The notes: generated by a model not told the origin, from the sequence alone. Shown: positions 34,236 to 47,343, numbered from the stretch's first letter. The stretch: 64,000 nt of DNA from Sedimentisphaerales bacterium (GCA_963708075.1 OY970194.1:5120001-5184000); one strand, 5' to 3'. A program made the numbers and translations.

Positions 34236-34868
34236 CTATCCCTTCGCACGCAGTCCATGCCCAAATACTCTTCCAACGCGTTCTGCAAATGGTCTGAATC
34301 CGGAAGGACATCGCGAGGACAAGATGTCGAGATTGAGTCGAAGGGCTATTTCTGCGTACATCTCGCGTTGAGCCATCTGGTTCACACCGTTGTCGAGTAG
34401 GTTCTGGCAGACCTTTTTGGGCTTGCGAATGGTCTCGGGATTGCGTTGTCTCGCAATGGTGCATCCAAGAACGTCCGTCAATGCCTTTTCGTCCGCGAGC
34501 ATCCACGCATCAAACATCTTGATCGCGACCCCCATAGCGCGAGGCAGATTAGACGCAGGTTCATCCGGATCCCAGTACTCCTGTGCCTTCCGAATCTGCT
34601 CGCTTCTCTTTTCTTCAGGACGATCTTGATCGATGAGCAGAATCAGTGCGTCGTAGTTCTCCTGCAGTGCCCACTCCAGCCATCCCAAGGCCCGCTTGGT
34701 GTGTCCATCCCCCGTGCCATGGAAGGCATGGACACGATCGTCAGACACGCGAGCAGGAGTGAATTTCGCTTCGCCTCCTCCCAGCCTCTTGACCAAATTC
34801 TCCAATGCTCCAGATCGTTCGTGCTCCCCCTCCGCCACCAGCAACACATGCATGGGCCTCTCAGTCAT
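34236..34868 (-). CDS. DUF4276-like (TOPRIM-like) protein
   Basis: VLLVAEGEHE, LILLIDQD, MFDAWMLAD, NPETIRKPK, CPSGFRPF; coupled to the upstream ATPase. Confidence 0.7.
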   Translation of the reverse strand: MTERPMHVLLVAEGEHERSGALENLVKRLGGGEAKFTPARVSDDRVHAFHGTGDGHTKRALGWLEWALQENYDALILLIDQDRPEEKRSEQIRKAQEYWDPDEPASNLPRAMGVAIKMFDAWMLADEKALTDVLGCTIARQRNPETIRKPKKVCQNLLDNGVNQMAQREMYAEIALRLNLDILSSRCPSGFRPFAERVGRVFGHGLRAKG

Positions 34869-36064
34869 TGACCACTCCCCTCCGTCGCCTTCTGAGACAC
34901 GGCAATCTTCTCATCACCCTGGGACGTCCAGATTTCTCCAAGCGTGAACACATCGACTTGCTTCCTCACGGCCGGGCTCTCCGATAGTCGAGTGGTCTTC
35001 ACCTCGCCATCGGCCTGCATGGTGCAGAGAGTGGCCTCCTCCGGACTGAACAGGTCCAGGACATAAGGGGAGTGTGTTGTGAGGATCACTTGCGTATGCG
35101 ACTGTTCATGGATGAGTTCCCGCAGGACCCCGAGCACATCACGAAGACGTTTTGGGTGCACGCCATTCTCCGGCTCTTCAACAAGCAACACACGTGGCCG
35201 TTTCTCCTGTGGCAGGTAGAGGATTGTGAGATAGGCAAGGACCAGGAGTACTCCATCAGAAACTTGGGACGCCGGCACCCATTGGTCTGCGTCCCTCAGC
35301 TTGAAGTACAGTCCCTTGCCATCGGCTTCTTGGAGCATCGTGACCCGGTCCGGATCATCTACCGCTGCGCGATAGGCGCTTTCCGGACTCAGCCTCATAG
35401 ACGTGATGTGCGGGAATATCTCAGTGAAACGTTTCTGCAACTGAATGAACCGGTCTGGATTGTCGCCCAGTATATTGTCCAAGCATAGGGCCAAGCCGAA
35501 GCCGTTTGACTCCATCCTGAAACCACGCTTGGTGTCGGGTGCAACCGGCAAGGCCAGAAATCTGGGATCCCACCGGTAGTAATGCACGCCCTCTAACAGA
35601 CTCTTTATGGTGTGCCATTTGTCGCTATGAATATCCGGATAGCCTGGACCCTCTGACTGGTACCTCACCCTCGTGCTACCGACAAAGATGTCTGATGCTG
35701 GTGGGTCATGGAAGACAGGGCCTGCACGTCCTTTTTTGAAACCCTCCTCTGTAATCTTGGCTTGTCTGCCACGGCGTGCGAAAAGAACGTCAATCCTATA
35801 TGCGGTAATCACATCACTGTCGAAATCCACCGCGATGCTCACAGACAGATCAGGCTGTCCGTTCCGGACCAGTTCGGTGCCCTTCCAAGCTCCTAGAAAA
35901 GCATCGGCCAGATCATGGTCTACGCTTCGACAGAGAGCGGCGAGGGCATCGAGGATGCTTGTTTTACCGGAATCATTCGGTCCGATGAGAACGTGGACTG
36001 GGGTAAGCTTGATGTCAACGTCTCGCAGAGCTTTGAAGTTCCTGACTCTCAGTCTCTTGATCAT
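34865..36064 (-). CDS. AAA_21/AAA_15-type (ABC-like) ATPase
   Basis: RVRNFKAL, GPNDSGKT (Walker A), VSDG, LLVEEPENGVHP (Walker B/D-loop), TTHSPY. Confidence 0.9.
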   Translation of the reverse strand: MIKRLRVRNFKALRDVDIKLTPVHVLIGPNDSGKTSILDALAALCRSVDHDLADAFLGAWKGTELVRNGQPDLSVSIAVDFDSDVITAYRIDVLFARRGRQAKITEEGFKKGRAGPVFHDPPASDIFVGSTRVRYQSEGPGYPDIHSDKWHTIKSLLEGVHYYRWDPRFLALPVAPDTKRGFRMESNGFGLALCLDNILGDNPDRFIQLQKRFTEIFPHITSMRLSPESAYRAAVDDPDRVTMLQEADGKGLYFKLRDADQWVPASQVSDGVLLVLAYLTILYLPQEKRPRVLLVEEPENGVHPKRLRDVLGVLRELIHEQSHTQVILTTHSPYVLDLFSPEEATLCTMQADGEVKTTRLSESPAVRKQVDVFTLGEIWTSQGDEKIAVSQKATEGSGQ

Positions 36065-36214
36065 TTCGCTTACCCTCGGAAATCCAAATCGCATCTGCTG
36101 AGTCCATCAGCGGGTGCTTCTCAACTGTTTCGCAAGAGCAAGTATGATGGATATGCCAACAGATGTCAAACCCCATGTGGGCCTATGCAAGCCAGCGCGT
36201 TGAGTCTATATACT

Positions 36215-36949
36215 TTAGACTTCAACCTGTTTCGGGTTTTCCATTGAAAGGCTGCTCGAAATCTCCTGTAGTTTCCTGAGGCTGGTTTCGCAGTCGTCGG
36301 GGGTGTAGAACTTGGGACCCATGCCGCAGGGCAGGGTCAACAGGTCGCCGTCCTGGAAGTCTCTCACATCCTGCCGGTTCTGGACGCCCCAGGCGATTTG
36401 CCTGCCATTGCGGTAGGCGGGGTACTTCGTGATGTCGTACTCGGACGCATCGTGACTGATGATCTCGATCTCGGAGCGGAACAGGTCGTCCCAGTTCATG
36501 CTGCCACATACGTGGACGCCTCGCGTGACATCGAAGCTCTCGAACAGGGGCGACCACAGGCGCTGATAGTCGAACCCCACCTGGCCGAGGGCCGGCTCGT
36601 CGAGAAAGAGAATGACCTTGCCGACGCGCAGGCCGTCGAGGATGGCGGCGATGTGCTGGCAGGCTATGGTGATGGCGTCATCCTCGGAGTAGCCGCTGAG
36701 GATCAGGGTCGCCGGACCGATGCACTGGACCTTGACCACGTCGCGGCCGGCGGTCCGCTCCTGAAACGCCCGCAGGCAGCTCAACTGCCCGGGGCGCTTG
36801 ACGTACTCCAGCATCGCGTCCCCCAGCTTCGGCAACTCCGGCAGGAAGGGGATATCATGGCGAAGGCTGTACTCGACCGCCGCATCGACATCGTCATACG
36901 GCAACGACCCGATCTGGGTCACAATCCTTTGCTTACGCGTTGAACTCAT
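36215..36949 (-). CDS. Minimal MetE/UROD-superfamily protein (core methionine synthase-like)
   Basis: IGSLP, FLPELP, KVQCIGPATL, LFLDEPAL, GVHVCG, IAWG, TLPCG motifs (HxC...C Zn-ligand pattern). Confidence 0.65.
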   Translation of the reverse strand: MSSTRKQRIVTQIGSLPYDDVDAAVEYSLRHDIPFLPELPKLGDAMLEYVKRPGQLSCLRAFQERTAGRDVVKVQCIGPATLILSGYSEDDAITIACQHIAAILDGLRVGKVILFLDEPALGQVGFDYQRLWSPLFESFDVTRGVHVCGSMNWDDLFRSEIEIISHDASEYDITKYPAYRNGRQIAWGVQNRQDVRDFQDGDLLTLPCGMGPKFYTPDDCETSLRKLQEISSSLSMENPKQVEV

Positions 36950-37013
36950 TCCTTTGATGTACCTCTGTGTTCCTTGTGACTGATGAGCCTCAGCTAAGCG
37001 CTCCATAAGCTCC

Positions 37014-37102
37014 GGGTGGCAGCGTCAAGCGCAGCTTGGCGATGGCCTTCCTGGAATTCGGTGCAGTCATCGCCAAGGCTTGCGGCCTTGACGCTGCCAC
37101 CC
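37014..37102. repeat. GGGTGGCAGCG-type REPIN
   Basis: GGGTGGCAGCGTCAAG ... CTTGACGCTGCCACCC. Confidence 0.85.
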
Positions 37103-37122
37103 ATCTGTTTGTCGTTGTTGTC

Positions 37123-38541
<1,419 letters not shown>

Positions 38542-38909
38542 ATACGCCCTCTCATCTCAAAAACCAACAACTGAACCATAGGCCCCAAAAAGGCCGTCCC
38601 CATGTTACCATATTCCCCGCCCCCCGCGAAAGGAAAGACATCCTGCGGGACGGCCATGTGTGACTACGTTTTGTGGGGGAATAACTCCCATTTGTCATGC
38701 TGAACGAAGTCAAGCATCTGGGCAACGAATGCAATCAATGCTTGTTCCCATGCTCAGGCCAGATCCTTCGCTACGCTCGGGATGACAGAGTCGGTGCAAG
38801 GGATTAGCGTCGATCATGGTACGATGCCGACCCACAAAAATCAGTCGCACACGGTGCCCGGTATGCCACGGCGTTTTGCGCCGGAACTGACCCCACCTGG
38901 CTCATCGGA

Positions 38910-41900
38910 TCATCGCGCGAGGGTCCGAAGCACGGGGACGAAGATGAAGGTGGACAGAGTGGCCGAGAGGAGGCCGCCGATGACGGTGATGGCGAACGGC
39001 TGGAAAATCCGCGAGCCGACGGCGGGATTGACCGCGACTGGGATCAGTGCGATCATCGTGGTCGCGGCGGTCATCAGGATCGGTCGCAGACGCACGGAGA
39101 CGGCGGATTGCAGGGCGTCGCGGATGGGCAGCCCGGAAGCGACGCGACGATTCGCGTATTCCACAAGGACGATCGCGTTATTGACGGCGATGCCGACGAG
39201 GGTCAGCACCCCCATGCCGACGGAGATGTCCAGCCCGACCTGCGTGATCACGAGCAGCAGGATCGCTCCGACCAGGCCCATGGGGATCGTCAGCAGGATG
39301 ATCAGCGGTTGCAGCCACGAGCGGAACTGCACGGCCATGATCAAATAGATCAGCAGTACGGCGGCCACGGCGACGAGCACGAAGTCCCGGATCGTCCGCG
39401 CCATCACCTGGTACTGGCCGGTGAAAGCGATGCTGTAGCCGCTGGGCAGGTTGATGGCGGAGAACTTCCCGCGCAGACGGTCCACGGCGGCGGAGATGCT
39501 GCCGCGGACCTCCGCCAGGATCGTGACCTGTCGCTGCCCGTTGAGGCGAGTGACGGCGGAGGGGACCTGGGCGATGCGGACATCGGCGACCCGGCTCAGG
39601 GGCACCGGCTGGCCCGCCGGCGTGGCGATCGCAAGGTGCACAAGCCAGTCGAGCGTCGCCTCGGCGGGCGGCTCGGTCTTGACGAGCACACGTACCTGCT
39701 GCTTCTGTCGAACGATCGTCGTGGCCACGACCCCGAATCGGCCGGCCTGAATCGTCTGAAAGACATCCTCGGGCGACAGGCCGCAGTGCGCCAGCTCGAC
39801 CGGGTCCGGCCGGACAATAATCTGCGGGCTCTTGATCTTCGTGTTGTTGATGATGTTCCTCAATGCGGGGTCCGCGGCCATGATGGCTTCAACCCGGGCG
39901 GCTGATGACACCAACTCGTCGAGGTCGGGCCCGAAGATCGTCACGCCAAACATCGCCGGCAGTCCGGACAGGCTCTCATCCATCTTCTCCTGCGTCGGCT
40001 GATGGTATAGGAAGACCACGCCGGGAATCCGGTCGTATTCCTGACGCAGGCTGTCCATCACCTGGCTGAGCGTGCGGCGGCGCTGCGAGCGGGACGTCAG
40101 TTTCATGGTCAGCTCGCCGCGATCGACGCCCTCAACTCCCAACCCCTGCTGCGCCGAGCCGGTGCGACGGTACACGGTCTCGATTTCCGGCTGTGCCATC
40201 GCCCAACGGTCCAGAAGAGCGCCGATGCGATTGCTCTCCTGCAGCGACGTGCCCGGCGGCATGATGTACTCGATCAGGATCGCACCTTCATCGATGGGAG
40301 GCAGAACGCTGACGGGCCCAAGCAGCCCGGCCAGAGCGCCCAGGCACAGCACCAGCACGCCCAGGACAATCGTCGCCGGGCGGTGGGCAAGAGTCATGTC
40401 CAGGACTTGGTGCAATCCCCGCTCCAGTCGCGAGAGCAGTGCCGCCCCGATCGGCGCAGCCGGTGAAAAGCCGTGCTCATGCCGCCGAACATCGCGGGCA
40501 CAAACGTCAGGGAGACGACCAGAGATGCCAGCAGCGCGACGCTGACGACCAACCCGAACGGCCGGACAAAGAGCCCGGCGATCCCTCCGATGAACAGCAA
40601 CGGCACGAACGCTGCAACGGTCGTGAACGTGCCGGAGGCATCGGGCCCGGCGATCTCGGCCGCCCCCGCCAGGCTGGCCGCCTGTCGCGGCTCGCCCAAC
40701 TGCAGACGCCGGATAATGCTCTCGCTGACCACGATGGCGTCGTCGACTACCATGCCGATGGCCAGCGTCAGACCGGAAAGCGTGATCACGTTCAGCGTCT
40801 GGCCGAAGACTTGCATCATCGCCAGCGTCGCCAGCAGCGTGATCGGGATCGTCACGGCGACAATCAGTGTGGCTCGAAGCGCGCCCACAAAAAGGAACAG
40901 CACCGCCACGACCAGGGCCGCCCCGACGATCAGATCGTGAAACAGCGAGTTGCGGGCTTCGGAGACGATGTCGGCCTGGTCGTAGAACTTGCGGATGGAT
41001 GCGCCGAGCGGCAGGAGCGTCCTGACGCGCGCAAGCTCCTCGTCAACGCCCCGGACTACGCCGATGGTGCTGGCGGCGGGCTGTTTGCTGATGGCGAAAG
41101 CGACGGCGGGCACACCATTGGCCTGCACCTCATAGTGCCGTGGGGCCCGGCCCGACCGCACCGTAGCGATGTCCCGCAACAGCACGACCCGCGTGCCGTC
41201 ATTGACCACGGGCACGGCTTCCACCTGCTCGACCGTCTGCAGCCGGCTGTCGCCCCGGATGGAGTACTCGCGCGACCCCCGCTCGATGAAGTCCGCCGCT
41301 ACGGCCAGGTTGTTGCGGGCCAACGCTGCCGTGACAGTCCCGACCGTCAAACGCGCTCGTAGCAAGGCCTCGGATCGAAGCTGCACAATGAACGCGGGCT
41401 CGTCCCCGCCGAGCACGTCGATCCGGGCCACTCCCTCCACGCCCATCAGCCGATTGGCCAGGTCCGTCTGCACTGCGGTGCGCAGCTCGATCGGGTCGGC
41501 GCCGCCATAGACCACGTAGCCGGCCACTTCCTGCAGCGTCGTGCCGATGTTCTCGATGCGGGGGACGAGCCCGGCGGGCAAAACACCCTCCAGGGCCGAG
41601 ACCTGCGCCTGGACGAGCTGGCGGGCGTCGGTCAGGCGCGTGCCCCACTCGAATTCGGCGGTGACCAGGGAGATGCCCTCGATGGAGGTGGAAGACACGC
41701 GTCGGACGGCCGGGATCGTGCGAAGGCGGTCCTCAATCGGCCGTGTGATGAGCAACTCCATATCCTCCGAGGCCGCACCGGGATAGTGCGTGATCACGTT
41801 CACCACGGGCACATCCAGGCCGGGAAACAGCCCCACCGGCAGATGAAGCAGCGCGAAAGCTCCGGCCCAGACAGTCATCGCCACCAGCAGCACGACGGCG

Positions 41901-41938
41901 ATGGGATTGGCGATGATCAACTGAAGAAGCCTCTGCAT
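38910..41938 (-). CDS. RND efflux permease (CzcA/AcrB-like; frameshift ~40470)
   Basis: GMVVDDAIVV, GIAVNNAIVLV, RLRPILMT; two ORFs overlapping at ~40400. Confidence 0.88.
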
Positions 41939-41942
41939 GAGC

Positions 41943-43043
41943 TCAGTCCTCTACTTTGAACTGCTCGTTGAACCGCCGGTAGAACAACTCGTACGCGCCT
42001 TGCGTGACGACGGGCTGCCCTGGTTCGAGCCCGGAGAGAACCTCGACCCAGCCGTCCTGCGTCAGTCCCAGACGTACGGGGCGGGACTCGTACGTGGTGT
42101 CTTTCTCGACGAAGACCAGCGGCTGCTCGTTCGCGTCGTACACGATTGCAGATTGCGGTATGGTCAACGCCGCCTGCCGGACTGCGATTATCACTTCGCC
42201 GCTCACGGTTTGCCCGGGACGCAATCGCTCGCTGATCTGCGGACCTTCGATCCACACGACGGTCGCCCCGGTGCTGCCGGCCTGGGACAGCACGCGGCGG
42301 ATCGTGCCCGCCAGGGACTGGGTCGCATCGATTCGGACCGTCGCCTCGCGGCCCTCCATCGCCACGGCCCCGCGAACAAACACCGAGGCAACAACACGAA
42401 GATTATTTGAGTCTATTACTTCTCCAACCAGGTCGCCGACACTGACCGTCTGGCCCAGGCTGACCCGGCGGTTTGTGAAAACGCCCGCCACCGGCGCGGC
42501 AATCCGAACCTGCTGCTCGAACGATTGCAGGGCCAGTTGGGCATTGCGCAGCTCGCCTGCACGCTTGATCTGTGCCTCCTGGGCCGTCGCCAACTGCTCC
42601 GCCGTGGCCAACTGAGCGCCCAGGCTCTGCTTCAGCCGCTCCACCGTCTGCCCGGCGAGAGCCAGTTGCGATTGCAGCGACTCCGCATCCGCCTGCAGCC
42701 GGGCCCGCTGCATCTCGATCTGCGGCCCGCCCAATTGGACGACTGCCCCCCGCTGCTTGACAGGCGCTTCGTCCCGGGCTTCGATGGTCTCCACGCGGCC
42801 CGCCTCCAGGGCCTTCAATTGCACCAGCGCCTGGCTCTCCACGACGCCGACCCACGGGACCACTTGCGAGAGTGTGCGTGTCACCGGCTGGGAGGTGGCG
42901 ATGAAAGCCATCGCAATGGAAGATTGTCCCGCGGGTGGAGACTCGCCGGTCGAGGGCCTGTTCTGCACGTGCCGGTACCAAAGTCCGATGCCCGCCATAA
43001 TGACCACAACGAGAACAACGACAATCCACCGCCTGATTCTCAC
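41943..43043 (-). CDS. RND periplasmic adaptor (membrane fusion protein)
   Basis: N-terminal anchor, IAAPVAG, LRPGQ, IPQSAIV, VEVLSGLEPGQPVVTQG. Confidence 0.9.
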   Translation of the reverse strand: MRIRRWIVVVLVVVIMAGIGLWYRHVQNRPSTGESPPAGQSSIAMAFIATSQPVTRTLSQVVPWVGVVESQALVQLKALEAGRVETIEARDEAPVKQRGAVVQLGGPQIEMQRARLQADAESLQSQLALAGQTVERLKQSLGAQLATAEQLATAQEAQIKRAGELRNAQLALQSFEQQVRIAAPVAGVFTNRRVSLGQTVSVGDLVGEVIDSNNLRVVASVFVRGAVAMEGREATVRIDATQSLAGTIRRVLSQAGSTGATVVWIEGPQISERLRPGQTVSGEVIIAVRQAALTIPQSAIVYDANEQPLVFVEKDTTYESRPVRLGLTQDGWVEVLSGLEPGQPVVTQGAYELFYRRFNEQFKVED

Positions 43044-44463
43044 GGCTGTGTCTCCTTATGCTCGGTCCGCTCGGGGATCTGGTACAGGCCCGTTGCCAGC
43101 TCCATCGCCACGACGGCCTCGGCCAGTTGTTCTCTCAGCGTCAGTACCTTCATGCGGCTGGCGGCCATGTCGTTCCAGGCGGCGTAATAGGTCAGGATAT
43201 CCACCCGCCCGGCGGTCAGGGCGGCGCGGTAGCTCTCCTCCGTCTTCGTCAGCGCCCCTGGGCCTGCTGGGCGGCGGCAATCTCCTCGTTCAGGAACTGA
43301 ATCCGGGACAGAAGCATCGCGACATCGGAGCGGGTCTCAAACAGCCGGTTCACGTACTCGTCGTAAAGCTTCTGTCGCGTCGCCTGCTCGACGGCGATAT
43401 TGGCCTGGTTGCGGTTGAAGAGGGGCAGGGTCACAGCGATCCCGAAGCCGACGGTGTTGACGTTCTCGATGTCCCGACCGACGGTCGGCCCGAGGTTGAG
43501 CCGGGGGAACTGGTTGAGGACCGCCGCACGGACCGCCGCCTCCTGGCTGTCGTACCCGCGACGCAACGCGAGCAGGTCCAGCCGCCTCTGCTCCAGATCG
43601 GCGAGCAGCTCCTCTGCGGCCGGCGGCTTGAACGAGGAGGGCAGCTCAATTTCGTCACTGAGACGAACCGCCGATCTCGGCGGCAGGCCCAACAGCCGAT
43701 TCAGTTGAAGGCGCTGTTGCTCAGCCTGTTTCTTCAGATCGAGTAACGTGGCATATGCCTGCCTGCTTGCCGATTCAGCGGCGGAGCGCTCCCTGGCCGT
43801 CAGGGTTCCGCCGGCGACCGCTTGGTGGACAAGCTCGGCGTTGCGAGCCAGATGCTGTCGAGCCTCCTCCTGCACGGCAATCCGCTCTTGCCAACCGACC
43901 AGTGCAAGCACGGCCGTCTTGGCGGCCTGGGCCGTCTGCCATTCCTGCCAGGCGATATCCGCCTCAACGGCTGCCTCGTGGGCTTCGGCTCCCTGCATGG
44001 TCGCCGAGCGGGCGACCAGCGAAGTCACATCCCAGCTCAGACCCAGGCCAAACCCGTTCACCGTTCCTTCCGTGTCGCCGCCCGTCGGGCCCTCGAAATC
44101 GTACGATAATTCAGGATTGGGAAGCAGCCCCGCCCGCAGTAACTGGGCGCCGGCCAGAGCTCTCTCGTCCCGGATCGCACGCAGAGATGGATTGAGCAAG
44201 ACCGCCAGCACGCCGGCGGCCTCCGGCGAGAGACCTTCATTGGGATCGAGCCGGATGGGGCGGAGAATCGGATGCCTGATCTCGGCGGCAAGCACCTGTA
44301 TCCGCGTCATATCCGGGCCCGCCAGAGCCTCCAGCTCCGAAGCCTTTGGAAGCGGCTTGGAACGATAGGCCGCGCAGCCGCCAATGAACCACGCCGCCAG
44401 GATGGAAAGGCAGACTGCCCGACCAGTACCGGCTCGTGCTGTCGCCGCGCAGCGCCTTTCCAT
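43040..44463 (-). CDS. TolC-family outer membrane efflux protein (frameshift ~43256)
   Basis: Lipobox IGGC, LPNPEL, LPLFNRNQ; C-terminus continues in another frame (ALTKTEESY..LATGLY..KETQP*) whose TGA overlaps the adaptor GTG. Confidence 0.85.
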
Positions 44464-44646
44464 GACGTTCACGCCTTGCCGTCGCATTCCGTGTCGAGGC
44501 CTTTCTTCCTTTCGGCTGATTCAGGTCGTACAAGCGGCTATTGTAGCACGTTACTTGGGATTTACGATTCACGATTAATGATGTACAATGGGGCACCTCG
44601 CCGCGGGCGAGACCAGGCAACAGTGTATGGGGAATCGTGGAATTCC

Positions 44647-45642
44647 ATGCATCCGATCCTCATCAGGATACCGTGGATTCATCTGACCATCTGGAGCTTC
44701 GGCGCGATGGCGGTGCTCGGGTTCATCGTGGCGATCCTGGTGACGCGGCGGATGTGCCGCAGCGTGGGGCTCGACGCCGAAGTGATCGCCAACGCGGCCA
44801 TGTACTCACTGATCATCGGCATGGTCGGCGCGAGGGCGTTCTTCGTGGTCCACTACTACGACCAGTTCCGGGGGGACTTCGCCGGCGTGTTCGCCGTGTG
44901 GCGGGGCGGCTTGGAGTTCCTCGGCGGCGTGGTCCCGGCCATCGTGTTCATGCTACTCTACCTGCGTCATCGCAAACTGCCCGTCCGCCGGTACTTCGAC
45001 ATCCTGGCTGTCGGCCTCATGATCGGCCTGTCGTTCGGGCGGATCGGATGCTTTATGAACGGCTGCTGCTTCGGCAGGCCGACGGACCTGCCCTGGGCCG
45101 TGCGCTTCCCGTACCGGTCCTATGCCTACCTGAGTCAGATCAACGCCGACCCCAAGAGGCACAGGGCGCATCCCTACCTGGATCTGCCCCGCGCCGAGTA
45201 CCAGAGCTTCACCGACGCGGAAGGCCGATGGTACCCGAAGCCGTTGGCGGAGCTGACGCCGCAACAGCAGCATGAAGTCACCCACGGAAAGCTTCGTTGC
45301 CTGCCCATCCATCCAACGCAGCTTTACTCCTGGGCCGCGGCCCTGCTGATGTCCGCCATTCTGTACGGCTTCTGGCGCAAAAGCCGCAGCGAGCCCGACC
45401 CCGGCACGCCCTATTGGCGCTTCTGGCGTCCCGGCCTTACGGTTTCCATGGCGTTCATCATCTACGGCATCACGCGACCCATCCTGGAATCCATCCGCGA
45501 CGACAATCCCTTCGAGTTCGCATCCCTGACCATCTCCCAACTCGCCGGCATATTCCTATTCGTCATCGGCGTACTCCTGCTTGCAGCGCACGTGTTCGCG
45601 AAGCCGTATGGACCAGCCAAGCTCAATACAGTCTTGCCGTGA
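44647..45642 (+). CDS. lgt: Prolipoprotein diacylglyceryl transferase
   Basis: GAR, WRGGL, FGRIGCFMNGCCFG, HPTQLY, ISQ motifs. Confidence 0.93.
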   Translation: MHPILIRIPWIHLTIWSFGAMAVLGFIVAILVTRRMCRSVGLDAEVIANAAMYSLIIGMVGARAFFVVHYYDQFRGDFAGVFAVWRGGLEFLGGVVPAIVFMLLYLRHRKLPVRRYFDILAVGLMIGLSFGRIGCFMNGCCFGRPTDLPWAVRFPYRSYAYLSQINADPKRHRAHPYLDLPRAEYQSFTDAEGRWYPKPLAELTPQQQHEVTHGKLRCLPIHPTQLYSWAAALLMSAILYGFWRKSRSEPDPGTPYWRFWRPGLTVSMAFIIYGITRPILESIRDDNPFEFASLTISQLAGIFLFVIGVLLLAAHVFAKPYGPAKLNTVLP

Positions 45643-45652
45643 GGACGAAGGT

Positions 45653-45907
45653 ATGCGGTATGTAACAGCCATTCTGGCCAGTGCTTTCATGTTTGTGGCT
45701 GTCGGGTTCCTCTGTGCCCTGGCTCTTTTGTTTATACTTCCCTCAGGCTGGGCGCAGGCAGAGATGAGAATCGGTATTGTGGGCGGAAATTCGGCAAGTG
45801 TGGCCGGAGCCATTGTCGGCGCGCTTGCTGCCGCGTATACATTTAAGGCCTCGCTAAACGCCAAAACCGGCCGGCTTTACAGGAAGAACAAGGCGGCTGA
45901 TGGATAA
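45653..45907 (+). CDS. Small two-TM membrane protein
   Basis: Two hydrophobic segments, directly after lgt. Confidence 0.55.
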   Translation: MRYVTAILASAFMFVAVGFLCALALLFILPSGWAQAEMRIGIVGGNSASVAGAIVGALAAAYTFKASLNAKTGRLYRKNKAADG

Positions 45908-45985
45908 AGACATGCCTCGTGTCGAAATCTGCGACTGTCGCCGGATCCGTGTCCATCCGTGTAAATTCGTGTCTGCATCATCCAT

Positions 45986-47047
45986 TCATTGCATTGGAGC
46001 GCTGGGTGCTTGATCAGCGGGGGACTCGTCGAGGCAGGGGGCTTGCTGGAGTTGGGTGAGTTGGAGGCCGAGACGGTCGAGTCGCTTTTGGGCGTCGTCG
46101 TATTTGGTCCAGGCGTTGCGCAGGTGGGTGCCGAGGGTGTCCCAGGCGCAGAGGAACTCGGCGAAGCTGCTGTTGAGCTGCGTCAAGTTGCGGCGGATCT
46201 CGGCGGCTTGGCGCTCGATCTGCAGGCCGTGCAGGCCCATCGCGACCGTCATCAGGTACGCGTAGAGCAGGTTCGGCGAAACGGGGATCACCTTGCGGTC
46301 GAGGCAGTAGTGCAGCATGTCCTCGCCGTCGGCGCACTGGATGACCGTCTCGTAATAAACGTTCTCGGCGGGGATATACATCAGGGCGAAGTCGAGCGTC
46401 CCTTCCACCGGCCGGATATAGGCGGAGGCGATCTTGTCCACGTGGGCGGACACGTCGCGCAGGAACTGGCGGCGCAATCGTGGCCGCTCGTCCTCGCTCG
46501 GGCTGTTCATCGCCCGCTCGAAGCTCGGCAGCGGGAATTTCGCGTCGATCCCCACCGAGAAGTCCGTCATCTGCACGAGGGCATCGACGATGCGGCCGTC
46601 CTTGAACGCGTGCTGGAGCGTGTAGCTGCCCTTGGGCAGGGCCTGGCTGAGCAGGTTTTCGAGCGACCATTCGCCGATCTGGCCGCGAAGCTTCGGGCTG
46701 CTGAGGATGTCCTGCAACCGCCGGACGTCGGTGCCGAGCTGGAGCATCTGTTTGTTCGCGCCCTGGAGTTCGCCGATCTGTCGGTTGAGCTGCGAGAGGA
46801 CCTGCTGGCTCGATTGCAGGTTCTGCGTGAGCGCGTTCTGGCCCGCCTGCAGAGAGCCGGCCAACGTCTGCGTCGTCCTGTCCTGAGCTGTCTTGAGGGC
46901 CTCAAGCTGCTGCTGGAGCAGCCCAACCCCCGCGGCCTGGCCCGCCATATCCCGCCGTGTCGCCAGAGCGGACGCAATCAGCCAGGCCAGTAGAACGAGC
47001 ATGGCCAGAACCAGGATCACCCCCGCCGCCGCCAACACGTGTACCAT
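45986..47047 (-). CDS. rmuC: DNA recombination protein RmuC
   Basis: PKLRGQIGE, IDAKFP, TLDFALMYIPAENVY, VSPNLL. Confidence 0.92.
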   Translation of the reverse strand: MVHVLAAAGVILVLAMLVLLAWLIASALATRRDMAGQAAGVGLLQQQLEALKTAQDRTTQTLAGSLQAGQNALTQNLQSSQQVLSQLNRQIGELQGANKQMLQLGTDVRRLQDILSSPKLRGQIGEWSLENLLSQALPKGSYTLQHAFKDGRIVDALVQMTDFSVGIDAKFPLPSFERAMNSPSEDERPRLRRQFLRDVSAHVDKIASAYIRPVEGTLDFALMYIPAENVYYETVIQCADGEDMLHYCLDRKVIPVSPNLLYAYLMTVAMGLHGLQIERQAAEIRRNLTQLNSSFAEFLCAWDTLGTHLRNAWTKYDDAQKRLDRLGLQLTQLQQAPCLDESPADQAPSAPMQ

Positions 47048-47156
47048 AAAGCACTCCTGATAACCGCAGGGGATTATAGAAAGTCCGCTCCGCCTCGTCA
47101 AACCGCGGCCGGCGTGAGCCAGAGATTAAATGGATCGCGGCACAGGAAGGAATGGA

Positions 47157-47287
47157 GAGGCCACAAAGCGCCAAACTCCCGCCGCAAAGCGACGGAATAG
47201 GCGTATCCGAGAGGAGACATCCCCATGCACCCAGTGCCCCAGTCTCAAGAGGATGGGACGAAGCCAACGACTCTGGCGGTGCCACCC
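47157..47287 (+). repeat. ~130-bp dispersed repeat ending in GGCGGTGCCACCC
   Basis: Colinear diverged copy at 52546..52675; shorter cores at 26609..26659, 52209..52258 (reverse) and 62440..62483. Confidence 0.75.
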
Positions 47288-47343
47288 GGCACAGCACCCA
47301 AGAACCTGCACAGACACGGGGGATCATATGGGATTTTTCGCTG

